Shown piece by piece: positions 20,169 to 30,544 of a stretch of 64,000 nt of DNA. Numbering within the stretch: the stretch's first letter is position 1; every line of letters starts with the position of its first letter. Made by a program: the position numbers and the translations under genes. The DNA is taken from NCBI GenBank assembly GCA_012270795.1, contig JAAXHO010000237.1, positions 1,118 to 65,117 on the forward strand. The letters are read 5' to 3'. A model generated the notes under the pieces. That model was given only the letters and a program-made list of their open reading frames with translations. It ran no database searches and was not told where the DNA came from. The stretch comes from Candidatus Poribacteria bacterium. Lineage in GTDB: Bacteria > Poribacteria > WGA-4E > WGA-3G.

Positions 20169-23100
20169 ATGTCAGTGCGTGTTATGTCCACTGGCAGCCT
20201 TATTTCAGCATTAATATTTTCTATCTTTAGTTTTACTGCAGTTGCCAATAATTCAGCATATCAAAAGGGTTTTCTCACCCAAGTGACTTCTGCGGATGGG
20301 ATTACTGTTAATTTTAAGCTTCCACAACTGCAGGTTACACAAGTTACACCCGATGCTACAACAATAGGTGCTGAACAGTATATCGTATACGACACAGTGC
20401 GATATGCAGAATGCGATTGGCTTCAGGAACCAGGTTGTCCAAGATTACCGGTTACGCGTGTGCTTTTGGCTGTACCACCCGATGTAAAACTGAATGACCT
20501 GGCGATCTCTGTTACTGCAGGTCCCTCAAAAATCCAAAATGGTGTAAGACTTCTTGTAAATAATAAAGAAAAATCCTCAAATGTTGAAACTCCACTATAT
20601 CCATCTGTGCTTGCCCGAATAGAGATGGATGGATACATCCGTTCGCAACGCGTCATCAGTTTAGCGTTACATCCGGTGCAGTATAATCTTAAAACCCGTG
20701 TACTTCGGTCTTATAGTAATCTCACTGTTACTATCCCCTTTAAAACGCAGTTAAGTGTTCATAGAGCAGGTGGTACATTTAACGCTTTATCAACAGACAT
20801 AAAGCAATCTTCTTCCTTTTTTGAACAGACTTTTGCCCAACATATTCTAAACTATTCAGAATACGGTAAGTTATTCAATGTTCATTCTAATGTTTCTCAG
20901 ATTTTTGGTCACCGAATGGGGGCACTTCCTGCAGCTCCCGCGGCCCTGGGCCTGACAGACGAATCACTTCAGACCCGTTATAAGCTCTTCGTTGATGAGA
21001 CAGGTATCTATAAAGTTACAGCTGAGTCTTTGCGCGCGGATTGGGGAGTGGACTTGATTGGGGTTGATCCTCGCAAACTCCGCATAAAACACGGAGATCG
21101 AGAAATACCAATATACGTCAGTGGGGCAGTGGATGGAAGTTTTGACGCGGAAGATACAATCTTTTTCTTAGCACACAGTTCAACTGATCTAGTAAGTCCT
21201 TATGAAAAAAACGCGTATACATTGTGGAACATCTATTGGTTGACTCTTGCTGCGAATGGTCAACATTCGGCACGTGTGTCACAAATGGAAGCGAGTCCAA
21301 GTGATACAACCGCGGTGCAAGTGCCAACTTTTCGGTCGCGCGTTGTTTTTGAGGAGGATCATCTCAGCAACAACCTTGAGTTCGTACATCCAGAAGATGC
21401 TTCAGAAGGCGATAAACATAAGTGGTTTGACGCATTAGACTTTTGGTACTGGGACGGAATAAAAAATGCAAGTGAGATTGGTGAAATGCGATTGAATTTC
21501 CCACTCTATGACATCGCCAAAAGTTTTGATACACCACAGATACATGTCGTGTTACAGGGTGGAACCCCCGTATCGCACCGAATCTTGGCAGCGGTTAATG
21601 GTATAAAGATTGACCTTGCAAGTTGGGAACAACAAGCACAAGTGACTCTAACTAAGCATCTTCATGCCTGGAATAACCTTAAGGACGCATCACAAGGTGA
21701 AATGAATGTTCTTTCTCTAACACGTGTTGATGATACCTTTGAAGAAGATACAACCCGTTATCCCTACCACATTTATCTCAACCGATTTTGGGTTTACTAT
21801 ACACGGCTTTTTTTAGCTGTGAATGATAAACTCCGTTTTAGCACGCCTATCATGGAAAAAGACAGTGAAAAACAAAGTGTTCTTCATCAATTTCGTATTG
21901 ATGGATTTCTTGATCCGTATATATCTGTATTTGAAACAGATGGAAACACACTTACAGCAAAACTTCAAGGCGTTCAAGTTACGCAGCATGCCATAGATGA
22001 TGTCATGCGTGACAGACTCAAAGCATTAAATACTGGTGATCTTCGGGCAGTCCCGAGTAGCACATACTCAGCAACCTTTCAAATACCAGATACTCGGACA
22101 ACGGAATTTATTGCTGTATCAAAGGCAGCGATGTTGACACCGGTTCGGATTGAAACTGTTCCACCGAGTGATTTGAAAAGTGCTTTGAACGGTGTGGATT
22201 ATCTTGTTTTAGCACATCCGAGATATAAAGATGCAGCTGAAAGATTGGCAAACTGGCGTTCAAGCATAGGTGGTGGTGGATACCGAACCAAAGTTGTTGA
22301 TGTCAACGATGTGTATAACATATTCGGTGATGGCACCGTACATCCACTTTGGATAAAACGTTTTTTAACGTACGCGTATCAGAATTGGACATCACCCGCT
22401 CTCTCATATCTTGTCATCTTCGGTGATGGGACTTACGATTTTCGTGGAATTGATAAAGAACTTTATCCTGAACCTCCGGAACTTGTGGGATATATACCCA
22501 CACATTATATTACAACAGATTCATTTGGTCGGACTTCAACGGACCACTGGTTCGCTACAGTTTCAGGCTATGATGAATTCGTTGATTTTTATGTCGGTAG
22601 GTTGACTGTTGAAAATGAAGCGGAAGCAGATGCGGTTGTTGATAAAATCATCAATTACGAATCGAAAACGCCTAACGGTGCATGGCGTAGAAGGGTTATA
22701 TCTGTTGCGGATGATGAAGTGAGCAACATCGGGGACCATATCTTTAAACAGAGTCTCAATGAAATTGCCAAAGACCATACACGTCTGGGTTATGAAACAG
22801 TAGAAATCTATCTTGAAGATGTCATTGACGAAGTTCAAGCAAACCCGGAACAATTTGATGACACCCTTCCACGACACATCGCAAAAGATAGGATTATTAA
22901 CGCTTTAGGTGAAGGAGCGGTAATTGCCCAATATGCAGGACACGGTGGAAGAATTGTGTGGGCACACGAATCTATTTTTGATAATAATGCAGTTGACAAG
23001 GTTAAAGAAACGACACACCTTCCCTTTATGCTTGTATTGAGTTGTTATAACGGTTATTTTGATTCTCCTGGGCAGCCAAGTATGGCGGAAAAACTGCTTC

Positions 23101-26100
23101 GTAAAGAGAGAGGGGGAATCATCGCGATGCTCAGTGCGACACGGCTCACTTACGGGTTTGGGAATGAGGCACTCAATCGAATTATTTTTGATATGTTGTT
23201 CCAACGCAATATCCGACAACTCGGCCCCCTTAGTTTTGATTCTAAGCTGGAACTCCTCTTGACAGAAGGCACAGGACAACTTGATGTGATGCTGGCTTAC
23301 ACGCTCTTTGGTGACCCCGCTATGCAGATCGCCATGGCGGATTATGAAATCCTGCCAGCAATTGAGACGAAGACAGTAAAACCGGGTGATACCCTAAAGA
23401 TTTCTGCTGGATTCGTACAGAATGCGCGTTACGATGCTGCTGAAAAACGGAAGATTTTCACACGAAATACCAATTTTGATGGCGCACTCACTGTCAAAGC
23501 GGTTTTTCCCGGTAAACAGGCGGTTGGTGTAGACAAAAATGGTAACCCACAAGAGTATTACACTGGTGATGTTATTGTTACGAAGACACTCTCTGTAAAC
23601 CGGGGTAATTATCCTGTAGTGGAGATAGAAGTACCAGAAAACATTTCAACAGGAGATGCGCATTTGGAGTATTATGCTGAAAATACCACGGAGATCGCTG
23701 TTGGTGGGGATGGTTTTACTGTGGGTGTCCCCAAAATACTTGATATCAAACCTGAAGTGATTACTACACCCGCTGGTAAGGACATGATTGAAATATCGGT
23801 ACATGTTTCTGATGATAAGAAGGAAGCGGTTTCTGTTGTCTTAGAATGGCGACATCCGGGCACAGGTATCAGAGAAAAGGTTTCGCTTATTCCATCTGAA
23901 ATCACCCTGGAATCAGCATCCCCTCAAAAACCTACAGCCAGGTGGTGGAAGGTACCTGAACCTTTACCTGCTCCGACTGATGGTTCCGCCTTTAGATACG
24001 ATATTGAGGTCACGGATACGGATGGATTTGTTGTCCTTTCCGATTATTACAGATTCTATCCATATACACATCCTAATCTTTCCGTAGTATCAAAACGTGG
24101 AACATTAAATGAACAGATTAGATATACTTTGGATGTGTCGGAAAATGCCTCCCATGAGCAGTATTTGTCTGCTGATATTGAAGTGGCAGGTACCGTGAAT
24201 TCGCAAAATGCTGATATTCCTGATAGCGAATTGCTTGATGTATTAGGACTTTCTGATGTTGAAGTTGAAGTTGCCTTTTTTAGTGGGAATCCTGATGGAG
24301 ATGGTAATGGTGTCATTGATCACGATGCGGATCTGCTCGGACGAACGTGGATAAAACCAAACGACTGGATTATCCGAAATCCGCTATATCAACGTTCTAA
24401 TGCGTATATACCCGATCCACTCAACACCAACCCTATTACTACAGTTGCTATTCCGATATCTTTGCGTATCGGTGTTCATGATGTGTTTGTGTACGTTGAT
24501 CCGATTTTTGATGAAACAGATAAACCGGGTAAAGTGCTTGAAAATAATGAGAGAGATAACATCGGATATAGACAACTTTCAGTGTCCAGTAGTGTCATTG
24601 GAGTAGAGCCAACGAGTGTGAAGAGTGTCGATGGTGGCTTACGGATTAGTACTCCATCAGGTATTTTTCAGAATAAACCTTTTGTTCTTACAACCCAACC
24701 TATAGTATTAGATTCTGTAGAAACGGATTTTGAGTATTTTATTGGTGGAACAGGAAAGGTCAGAGACACAACACCGAATGAACCATTTCTTGATATAAAA
24801 AGTGTACAAAATAAAGTTCAGACTGACAGTGTGTTGAGCCCGGTGGTACTACCGACCCATCCATCATTATTTGGTTATACTTTGCATCTAAACGATGCTG
24901 ACGGGAACTTATTTGAACTCCAGACACCAGTTGCCGTTGAACTCGATTTTGATTTTACCGCAATGCAGCAGCAGGTCATACGTGAACTATTTGGTAGTGG
25001 TATGGATTTGTCAGACGATAGGCAAGCCGTGGAAGGAAACGTCAGCACGGCTTTAGAAGAGCGTATCAAGAACATCGGCGCATACCTTTGGCTTGATGGT
25101 ATAGCAAATTGGACAAAGCTGAATTCTAAAATCAAAAGACGACCTAATGGCAGCATCTATACGTCTTTACGTGCCACCCGAATTCGGAATGAAAACACAG
25201 GTGACGGCAGGATTGATGATGTTGTTATTGATTCGGATGGAACTGAAATAGGAACCTGGATAGTACTCATGGAGTCCGCACGCACCTATCGCCTGCTATT
25301 TATGCCAGAGGAAACAAATGATGCGGTAACATCAGATAATAAACGGATAGAAGAGATTGCCCGGGAAGTCCCGATTGTATCTTTTAGCGGAATAGGAACG
25401 ACACTACTTCCTGAAACCCTAAATTTTACTATTGACTTTGAAGTTGGTGAAACACCTTTTCAATTCGGTGATATGTTGCGTTTCCGTATTACTGAACTTG
25501 AAGGTGGCGAGGGTGTTTCGGAATCTTATGTGTCCTCTTTTTTCAACAGAAACAGAGGGAATGGTACTATTCAATATATTGATCTGCCTGAAGAGACAAC
25601 CATGCCACAAGATACATGGCTGATCCTGTTCGTTTCTTCAACGGAGTTTCAGGTTGAAGGGAAAAATACAGGTGTCTTAACAAAGAACGGAACCCCCATA
25701 TATGGAACAGTCGGTGAACCTTTTGAATACAGCGATTATGGATTGAATCTACTTATTACGCAAGGCCCTACACCCTTTGCTGCAGGGGACCGGTTCCTAT
25801 TTGACACCTCTATGGCGGGAACTATCCAAGCCGAGACAGCGTTTTTAGGGCATATCACATGTCTGCACAGTGAAGATACAATTCCACCTGACATCCAACT
25901 GACGATTGGTAATCAACAACACTTTGTATCTGGTTCTCCGGTTGATGATCAACCACTGATTCAGGCAACACTTTCCGATGCGCGTGGTATTGACTATATT
26001 ACGCGTCCATTCCAGTTGGCATTAGGACGGCTTGGTGAATTTGAAACTATCCCAGAAACAGATTACCGATTGACGCAACATCCAGGCTCAAAGCAAGTGG

Positions 26101-26519
26101 TGTTGACGTATAATTCAATAAAACTTGAACCCCACGAATATCAAATTCGCCTCATTGCCAGTGATTTTGACGGAAATGCAAGTGAACGTGAAATAAGTTT
26201 TCAGGTGCACGGAAAACTCCAATTAGTGGAACCCTTGAATTTTCCAAACCCATTCTCGCGAGAAACTACTGTGGTATGTGACTTGACGCGACCTGCTAAG
26301 TCACTCACTGTCAAAATATATACCCTTACGGGAAGACTCATTCGGAAACTGGAAGCAGATGAACCGCCAGGGGCAGGATTTAACAAACTAAAATGGGATG
26401 GTAAGGATAGTCACGGTAACGAGGTTGCAAATGGAGTCTACTACGGAAAAATGATTGTTGAAGGTTTGGATGGTGAAGAAAACCAGACCCACATTTTGAA
26501 AATGATGAAATTGAAATAG
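20169..26519 (+). CDS. Giant secreted multidomain protein with a gingipain-like peptidase C25 domain, many Ig-like/beta-sandwich repeats and a C-terminal FlgD-Ig-like sorting/anchor domain
   Basis: The signal peptide begins at the internal Met (MSVRVMSTGSLISALIFSIFSFTAVA). The ORF is open from 20109. C25 hallmarks are DYLVLAHP...YLVIFGDGTYD, the catalytic-His context AQYAGHGG and the catalytic-Cys context LVLSCYNGYFD, between about nt 22150 and 23300. The last ~85 aa (NFPNPFSRETTVVCDL...KIYTLTGRLIRKLEAD...LKWDGKDSHGNEVANGVYYGKM) match the FlgD-Ig/T9SS-CTD-like pattern. Confidence 0.75.
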   Translation: MSVRVMSTGSLISALIFSIFSFTAVANNSAYQKGFLTQVTSADGITVNFKLPQLQVTQVTPDATTIGAEQYIVYDTVRYAECDWLQEPGCPRLPVTRVLLAVPPDVKLNDLAISVTAGPSKIQNGVRLLVNNKEKSSNVETPLYPSVLARIEMDGYIRSQRVISLALHPVQYNLKTRVLRSYSNLTVTIPFKTQLSVHRAGGTFNALSTDIKQSSSFFEQTFAQHILNYSEYGKLFNVHSNVSQIFGHRMGALPAAPAALGLTDESLQTRYKLFVDETGIYKVTAESLRADWGVDLIGVDPRKLRIKHGDREIPIYVSGAVDGSFDAEDTIFFLAHSSTDLVSPYEKNAYTLWNIYWLTLAANGQHSARVSQMEASPSDTTAVQVPTFRSRVVFEEDHLSNNLEFVHPEDASEGDKHKWFDALDFWYWDGIKNASEIGEMRLNFPLYDIAKSFDTPQIHVVLQGGTPVSHRILAAVNGIKIDLASWEQQAQVTLTKHLHAWNNLKDASQGEMNVLSLTRVDDTFEEDTTRYPYHIYLNRFWVYYTRLFLAVNDKLRFSTPIMEKDSEKQSVLHQFRIDGFLDPYISVFETDGNTLTAKLQGVQVTQHAIDDVMRDRLKALNTGDLRAVPSSTYSATFQIPDTRTTEFIAVSKAAMLTPVRIETVPPSDLKSALNGVDYLVLAHPRYKDAAERLANWRSSIGGGGYRTKVVDVNDVYNIFGDGTVHPLWIKRFLTYAYQNWTSPALSYLVIFGDGTYDFRGIDKELYPEPPELVGYIPTHYITTDSFGRTSTDHWFATVSGYDEFVDFYVGRLTVENEAEADAVVDKIINYESKTPNGAWRRRVISVADDEVSNIGDHIFKQSLNEIAKDHTRLGYETVEIYLEDVIDEVQANPEQFDDTLPRHIAKDRIINALGEGAVIAQYAGHGGRIVWAHESIFDNNAVDKVKETTHLPFMLVLSCYNGYFDSPGQPSMAEKLLRKERGGIIAMLSATRLTYGFGNEALNRIIFDMLFQRNIRQLGPLSFDSKLELLLTEGTGQLDVMLAYTLFGDPAMQIAMADYEILPAIETKTVKPGDTLKISAGFVQNARYDAAEKRKIFTRNTNFDGALTVKAVFPGKQAVGVDKNGNPQEYYTGDVIVTKTLSVNRGNYPVVEIEVPENISTGDAHLEYYAENTTEIAVGGDGFTVGVPKILDIKPEVITTPAGKDMIEISVHVSDDKKEAVSVVLEWRHPGTGIREKVSLIPSEITLESASPQKPTARWWKVPEPLPAPTDGSAFRYDIEVTDTDGFVVLSDYYRFYPYTHPNLSVVSKRGTLNEQIRYTLDVSENASHEQYLSADIEVAGTVNSQNADIPDSELLDVLGLSDVEVEVAFFSGNPDGDGNGVIDHDADLLGRTWIKPNDWIIRNPLYQRSNAYIPDPLNTNPITTVAIPISLRIGVHDVFVYVDPIFDETDKPGKVLENNERDNIGYRQLSVSSSVIGVEPTSVKSVDGGLRISTPSGIFQNKPFVLTTQPIVLDSVETDFEYFIGGTGKVRDTTPNEPFLDIKSVQNKVQTDSVLSPVVLPTHPSLFGYTLHLNDADGNLFELQTPVAVELDFDFTAMQQQVIRELFGSGMDLSDDRQAVEGNVSTALEERIKNIGAYLWLDGIANWTKLNSKIKRRPNGSIYTSLRATRIRNENTGDGRIDDVVIDSDGTEIGTWIVLMESARTYRLLFMPEETNDAVTSDNKRIEEIAREVPIVSFSGIGTTLLPETLNFTIDFEVGETPFQFGDMLRFRITELEGGEGVSESYVSSFFNRNRGNGTIQYIDLPEETTMPQDTWLILFVSSTEFQVEGKNTGVLTKNGTPIYGTVGEPFEYSDYGLNLLITQGPTPFAAGDRFLFDTSMAGTIQAETAFLGHITCLHSEDTIPPDIQLTIGNQQHFVSGSPVDDQPLIQATLSDARGIDYITRPFQLALGRLGEFETIPETDYRLTQHPGSKQVVLTYNSIKLEPHEYQIRLIASDFDGNASEREISFQVHGKLQLVEPLNFPNPFSRETTVVCDLTRPAKSLTVKIYTLTGRLIRKLEADEPPGAGFNKLKWDGKDSHGNEVANGVYYGKMIVEGLDGEENQTHILKMMKLK

Positions 26520-26527
26520 ACATCAAC

Positions 26528-27532
26528 ATGAAAAAATATCTTTTTATATGCCTACTATTGTTATATGGTGTGCTGCCGTCTGCTGCTGGACAAACATATA
26601 CGGCAGATTTTCTCACGTTGGGAACAGGTGCACGACCTTTAGGCATGGGCAATGCCTTTACTGCTATTGCAGATGAAGCGAGCACTACCAACTATAATCC
26701 TGCTGGTATTTCGCAGTTGACACATCACGAATTTAACTTTATGCATGCCACGTTTGCGGACCTTGCTGCGTATGATGTGGCAAGTTATATCTATCCGTTT
26801 TCTTCAAAAATGACCTTTGGTCTGAGTTGGTTACGTGTTGGTGTGGATGATATTCCGTTTACACGTATCCCACTTGCTGGCAAGCCTGTTGGGCCTGACA
26901 ACCGTCCTTATGTCGCTGACACATTTAGTAATACAAGCAATGCTATATTACTGAGTGGGGCTCGAAGCTTCACAAACTTGCCAAGAGATATGTCTATTCA
27001 TTTCGGTGCAAGCCTGAAACTGCTCTATATTGATGCGTATCGGAATACGAACGCTATTGGTGGTGGGAGCGATATCGGCATGCTTGTAAAAACGGATGTA
27101 GATAGACCGGCTGCATTCTCTTTCGGGGTTGTTGCAAGTGATTTCCTCACAACGAAACTATATTGGAACACACCACCAGACACTGTAGATGAAACCCCGC
27201 ACACGGAGACGATTTTGCCACGTTTCAAAATAGGCATCGCTTACCATCAGCAACTTCCTATTTTTAGCAGTCAACTCACTTTGGCTGCCGATGTGGATAC
27301 CCGAAACGACTATGAATTCCATGCAGGAGCAGAATATGTTCTCTTTGAGTTGTTAGCACTTCGCTGTGGGTTAGATGGTCGTAACGGCACTTCCCGCGCG
27401 ATGTTTTTCACTGCTGGTGCCGGACTTCAACTCCGATTTGTTACGGGGGCAGCGTTTCATGTGGACTACGCCTATCAACGACAACCGGATTTAGGTATCA
27501 ATAATCGTATTTCTCTCCGCGTCAGATTTTGA
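26528..27532 (+). CDS. Outer-membrane beta-barrel protein (PorV/FadL/UPF0164-like), probable partner of the upstream C25 protein
   Basis: A signal peptide is followed by the N-terminal motif GTGARPLGMGNAFTAIADEASTTNYNPAGI, which is characteristic of PorV-like or UPF0164-like barrels. The sequence has alternating beta-strand periodicity and a C-terminal aromatic residue (RVRF). It starts 9 bp after the C25 gene stop. Confidence 0.5.
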   Translation: MKKYLFICLLLLYGVLPSAAGQTYTADFLTLGTGARPLGMGNAFTAIADEASTTNYNPAGISQLTHHEFNFMHATFADLAAYDVASYIYPFSSKMTFGLSWLRVGVDDIPFTRIPLAGKPVGPDNRPYVADTFSNTSNAILLSGARSFTNLPRDMSIHFGASLKLLYIDAYRNTNAIGGGSDIGMLVKTDVDRPAAFSFGVVASDFLTTKLYWNTPPDTVDETPHTETILPRFKIGIAYHQQLPIFSSQLTLAADVDTRNDYEFHAGAEYVLFELLALRCGLDGRNGTSRAMFFTAGAGLQLRFVTGAAFHVDYAYQRQPDLGINNRISLRVRF

Positions 27533-27761
27533 TATTATTAAGACTTACGCAAATTTTGCACACAACCGAAGAATAAAAACATATTTTGGCTCATGTCAAG
27601 AAAGTGTGCTAACATAAATTAATTTAAATCTGCATGTACTTACTATACATTGACTTCATTTATGGTGTATATAATTAATTGTTTAATCTACCATAAATAA
27701 ACGCACTCAATTTTGACATGAGCGAAACATATTTACCCAAATAGGTGACAACTTGATTTGT

Positions 27762-28463
27762 TTACCAAATTGTGACATCAATCCATTCACTATTAACAGA
27801 TGCTCGTGAGGTCGCATTATAGGTTACAGTTCTGCTTCTCATATTTTCTGGAATTGCTAAATTTTCTATAGGACCTCCTGCATCCAAAATTTCTGTCACT
27901 GGTGCTCTTACCCGACCAAATGTTGAACAAAACTCTAATGAAGCAATAGGATCCATTTCGTCTGTAAATGAACCAAAGGCAAAAGCCCAATCCCTAAAAT
28001 ACCCTGAAAAAGTTGAATTTAGGTCTGGGTTTGTGTTATCAAAAGTCCTCTGATGGTAGTTAGGATCTAAAGTTAGTCCTTTTTGTACTGCATGGTAAAG
28101 GATTGCTTCGGCATAATAGGAACCAAAGGTGGTTTGTGCTCCACGATTATAACCGACTGTTGTACTACAACTAACATGATGCGAGTCGTTATAGTATTGA
28201 GATACGTCAACAGTACTTTGACTCCATAAAACCGATTCATAATATCTGTCGTATACCCCACTTTGATCGCGTCTAGGACCATCAACATCATAAACATTCT
28301 GGCTGACCCTTTCATATTCAAATGGATCATCACCTTCATGGTCAGTTATGCGGTGCTCGTAGGCATAATCACTGACTTTATAGGGATTGTATTCAGCTAA
28401 GGTGAGTATAGTCGCGCTAACAGAGAGGAATAAAATAATCATAACAACAAAATATCGTTTCAT
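27762..28463 (-). CDS. Hypothetical secreted protein
   Basis: The 233-aa ORF has a signal peptide (MKRYFVVMIILFLSVSATILTLA). It overlaps the upstream minus-strand gene by 4 nt, suggesting an operon. Confidence 0.5.
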   Translation of the reverse strand: MKRYFVVMIILFLSVSATILTLAEYNPYKVSDYAYEHRITDHEGDDPFEYERVSQNVYDVDGPRRDQSGVYDRYYESVLWSQSTVDVSQYYNDSHHVSCSTTVGYNRGAQTTFGSYYAEAILYHAVQKGLTLDPNYHQRTFDNTNPDLNSTFSGYFRDWAFAFGSFTDEMDPIASLEFCSTFGRVRAPVTEILDAGGPIENLAIPENMRSRTVTYNATSRASVNSEWIDVTIW

Positions 28464-29158
28464 TTTTCCTTCCTTTCTAAATTTAGATATGAGTACGGAT
28501 CAATTCCATCCTCAAAAGTAAAGATTTCAAATCCAGATAGATCTGGTAAACTGCCTGTATTCAGGTCAATGTCGTCATCGGGATGACTTTTCATGCGTCC
28601 ATATAGAATATCTGAACCATCTGTATATTTTTCACCGTTAGTTTGGATATAGATTCTTCCACGTACCGTTGGATAAATTAAACCATTTTCCATGGTAGCT
28701 CCATCAGATTTAACACCTTCTTTCCAAAGTTTGATACGCACTCTTGTTATCAATTCATGATGCGGCTGTGTGTGTATTTCCCATGGGGGTACTGAAATTT
28801 CATCGGGAACAATGGGATAGGGGCCGAAGCCAAAAGGTGAAACAGGTACATCTGCGTCGGTTTCATCAAACGTATTTACTTTTTGAGCCGTGTTGACTTC
28901 TTGCTGTCCGTTTTGATTAGAAACTTCAACAATCTGCTCATCATGATGCTCTATCGGTTGGTTTGGATCGTCTTTTGAAACATCAATAGGTGTATCTTCA
29001 CTTACAACGACGTTTGGCGTTGTTGGGGTTTCGGTTTTTATTTTTGGTCCGCTTTTAATATCGTCCTTGAAGTTTTCCAAGTCTATGTGCAAATAGATTT
29101 GCAAAGCAACGAAACCCACTATCATTATTGCGACTCCCCAGTAAAGTTTTTTCGTCAT
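28460..29158 (-). CDS. Hypothetical membrane-anchored protein
   Basis: The 232-aa ORF has one N-terminal transmembrane helix (YWGVAIMIVGFVALQIYL) and an acidic, low-complexity periplasmic region. Confidence 0.5.
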   Translation of the reverse strand: MTKKLYWGVAIMIVGFVALQIYLHIDLENFKDDIKSGPKIKTETPTTPNVVVSEDTPIDVSKDDPNQPIEHHDEQIVEVSNQNGQQEVNTAQKVNTFDETDADVPVSPFGFGPYPIVPDEISVPPWEIHTQPHHELITRVRIKLWKEGVKSDGATMENGLIYPTVRGRIYIQTNGEKYTDGSDILYGRMKSHPDDDIDLNTGSLPDLSGFEIFTFEDGIDPYSYLNLERKEK

Positions 29159-29345
29159 CGGTTTATTTCCTATAAGATAGACACTGCATTTATAACGGTG
29201 CCTTGGGTTGTTACGCTATACGTGCTAGGTGTATCGTGTTCTTGTTACTCTTGGGCATCCTTGTAATAAAATGGTACTAAATTTGCAAAAAAATCAAGAA
29301 AAAAATAAGGTTATACCAAATAGGGAGACGAAACTTTTAGCCGAA

Positions 29346-30521
29346 TTATGGACAAACGAACTTGCCTAATATCTTTCCACATGATGCGCCTGTTGCATTC
29401 GGCACATTCCCAAAATTACCTTGCACTGCTTCGTTTGCGAGGATAGCGAAAGCGATCGCCTCTTTTGCATCGCCTGAAACCCCCTTTTCTGCAACATCGA
29501 CAATTGGGATTGGTGTGAGTGTATCAGCAAGACCTTGCATGATCAGCGGGTTTCGCGCGCCACCCCCACTGACGTACAGGATGTCTAAAGGTGTTTTGGA
29601 TACAACAAAATCCGTATAATATTGGGAGATACTTTCAACTGTGAGTGCAGTTAATGTTGCGAGTCCATCTTCCTTTGAAATGTCCTGTGTCATTATCTGT
29701 TGCAGGCACACATCTGCATAAGTCGTACCAAACATCTCACGTCCTGTTGTTTTCGGGGGTGTCAATTCAAAAAACGGATGAGTTAGCCATTGTGTTAAGA
29801 GGGGAGCACAGATTGAGCCTTGTTTTGCCAATTCTCCATTTTCATCAAACTGCTTTTCGCCATCTGTCATCTTTTCAACACATGCATCCAGGATCATATT
29901 CCCTGGTCCTGTGTCTGATGCGTGTACGGCTTCAATTCCTTTTCCTGCTGGTAACACTGTGAGGTTCGCAATACCTCCGATGTTTAAAAGACCGATTGTT
30001 TGTGTAGAGTGGTGGAATAGCAGATAATCGGGATAAGCGATCAGTGGTGCGCCTTCACCATCAGCGGCGACATCTGCGACACGGAAATCAGCAATGGTTG
30101 GAATACCTGTTTCATGTGCGATCACAGCAGGTTCACCAATCTGTAAAGTGGCGGGGACTGTTGCCGTGGGCATGTGGTGTATCGTTTGCCCGTGTGAACC
30201 GATGAGATCAACCTGTTCTGGTGTGATGCCAACCTTTTCTAACACCGTCAAAACGCTTTCTGCGAATAGTTTTCCTAACAGAAAGTTCATTGTGCAGATT
30301 TCATCAACTCGTGCTGTTTCTACATTAAAAAGGTCAAATATCCTCGTGCGGATTTCAGGTGTATATGGAATTGTCTCAAACACCATCAATGCTATATCTG
30401 TGGTCAGACCGGATCCTGTGATTTCAACAAGTGCAACATCTACTCCATCTGCAGATGTGCCGCTCATGAGTCCAACAACATTCTTTTTATGTTTTTGTGT
30501 TAGTTCGTAAAATGGTTTCAT
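29346..30521 (-). CDS. anmK: Anhydro-N-acetylmuramic acid kinase
   Basis: The 391-aa ORF has the N-terminus VVGLMSGTSADGVDVALVEI and an overall ASKHA kinase pattern typical of AnmK. Confidence 0.85.
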   Translation of the reverse strand: MKPFYELTQKHKKNVVGLMSGTSADGVDVALVEITGSGLTTDIALMVFETIPYTPEIRTRIFDLFNVETARVDEICTMNFLLGKLFAESVLTVLEKVGITPEQVDLIGSHGQTIHHMPTATVPATLQIGEPAVIAHETGIPTIADFRVADVAADGEGAPLIAYPDYLLFHHSTQTIGLLNIGGIANLTVLPAGKGIEAVHASDTGPGNMILDACVEKMTDGEKQFDENGELAKQGSICAPLLTQWLTHPFFELTPPKTTGREMFGTTYADVCLQQIMTQDISKEDGLATLTALTVESISQYYTDFVVSKTPLDILYVSGGGARNPLIMQGLADTLTPIPIVDVAEKGVSGDAKEAIAFAILANEAVQGNFGNVPNATGASCGKILGKFVCP

Positions 30522-30544
30522 AGTAATTGGCTGTCAGTGTTCGG

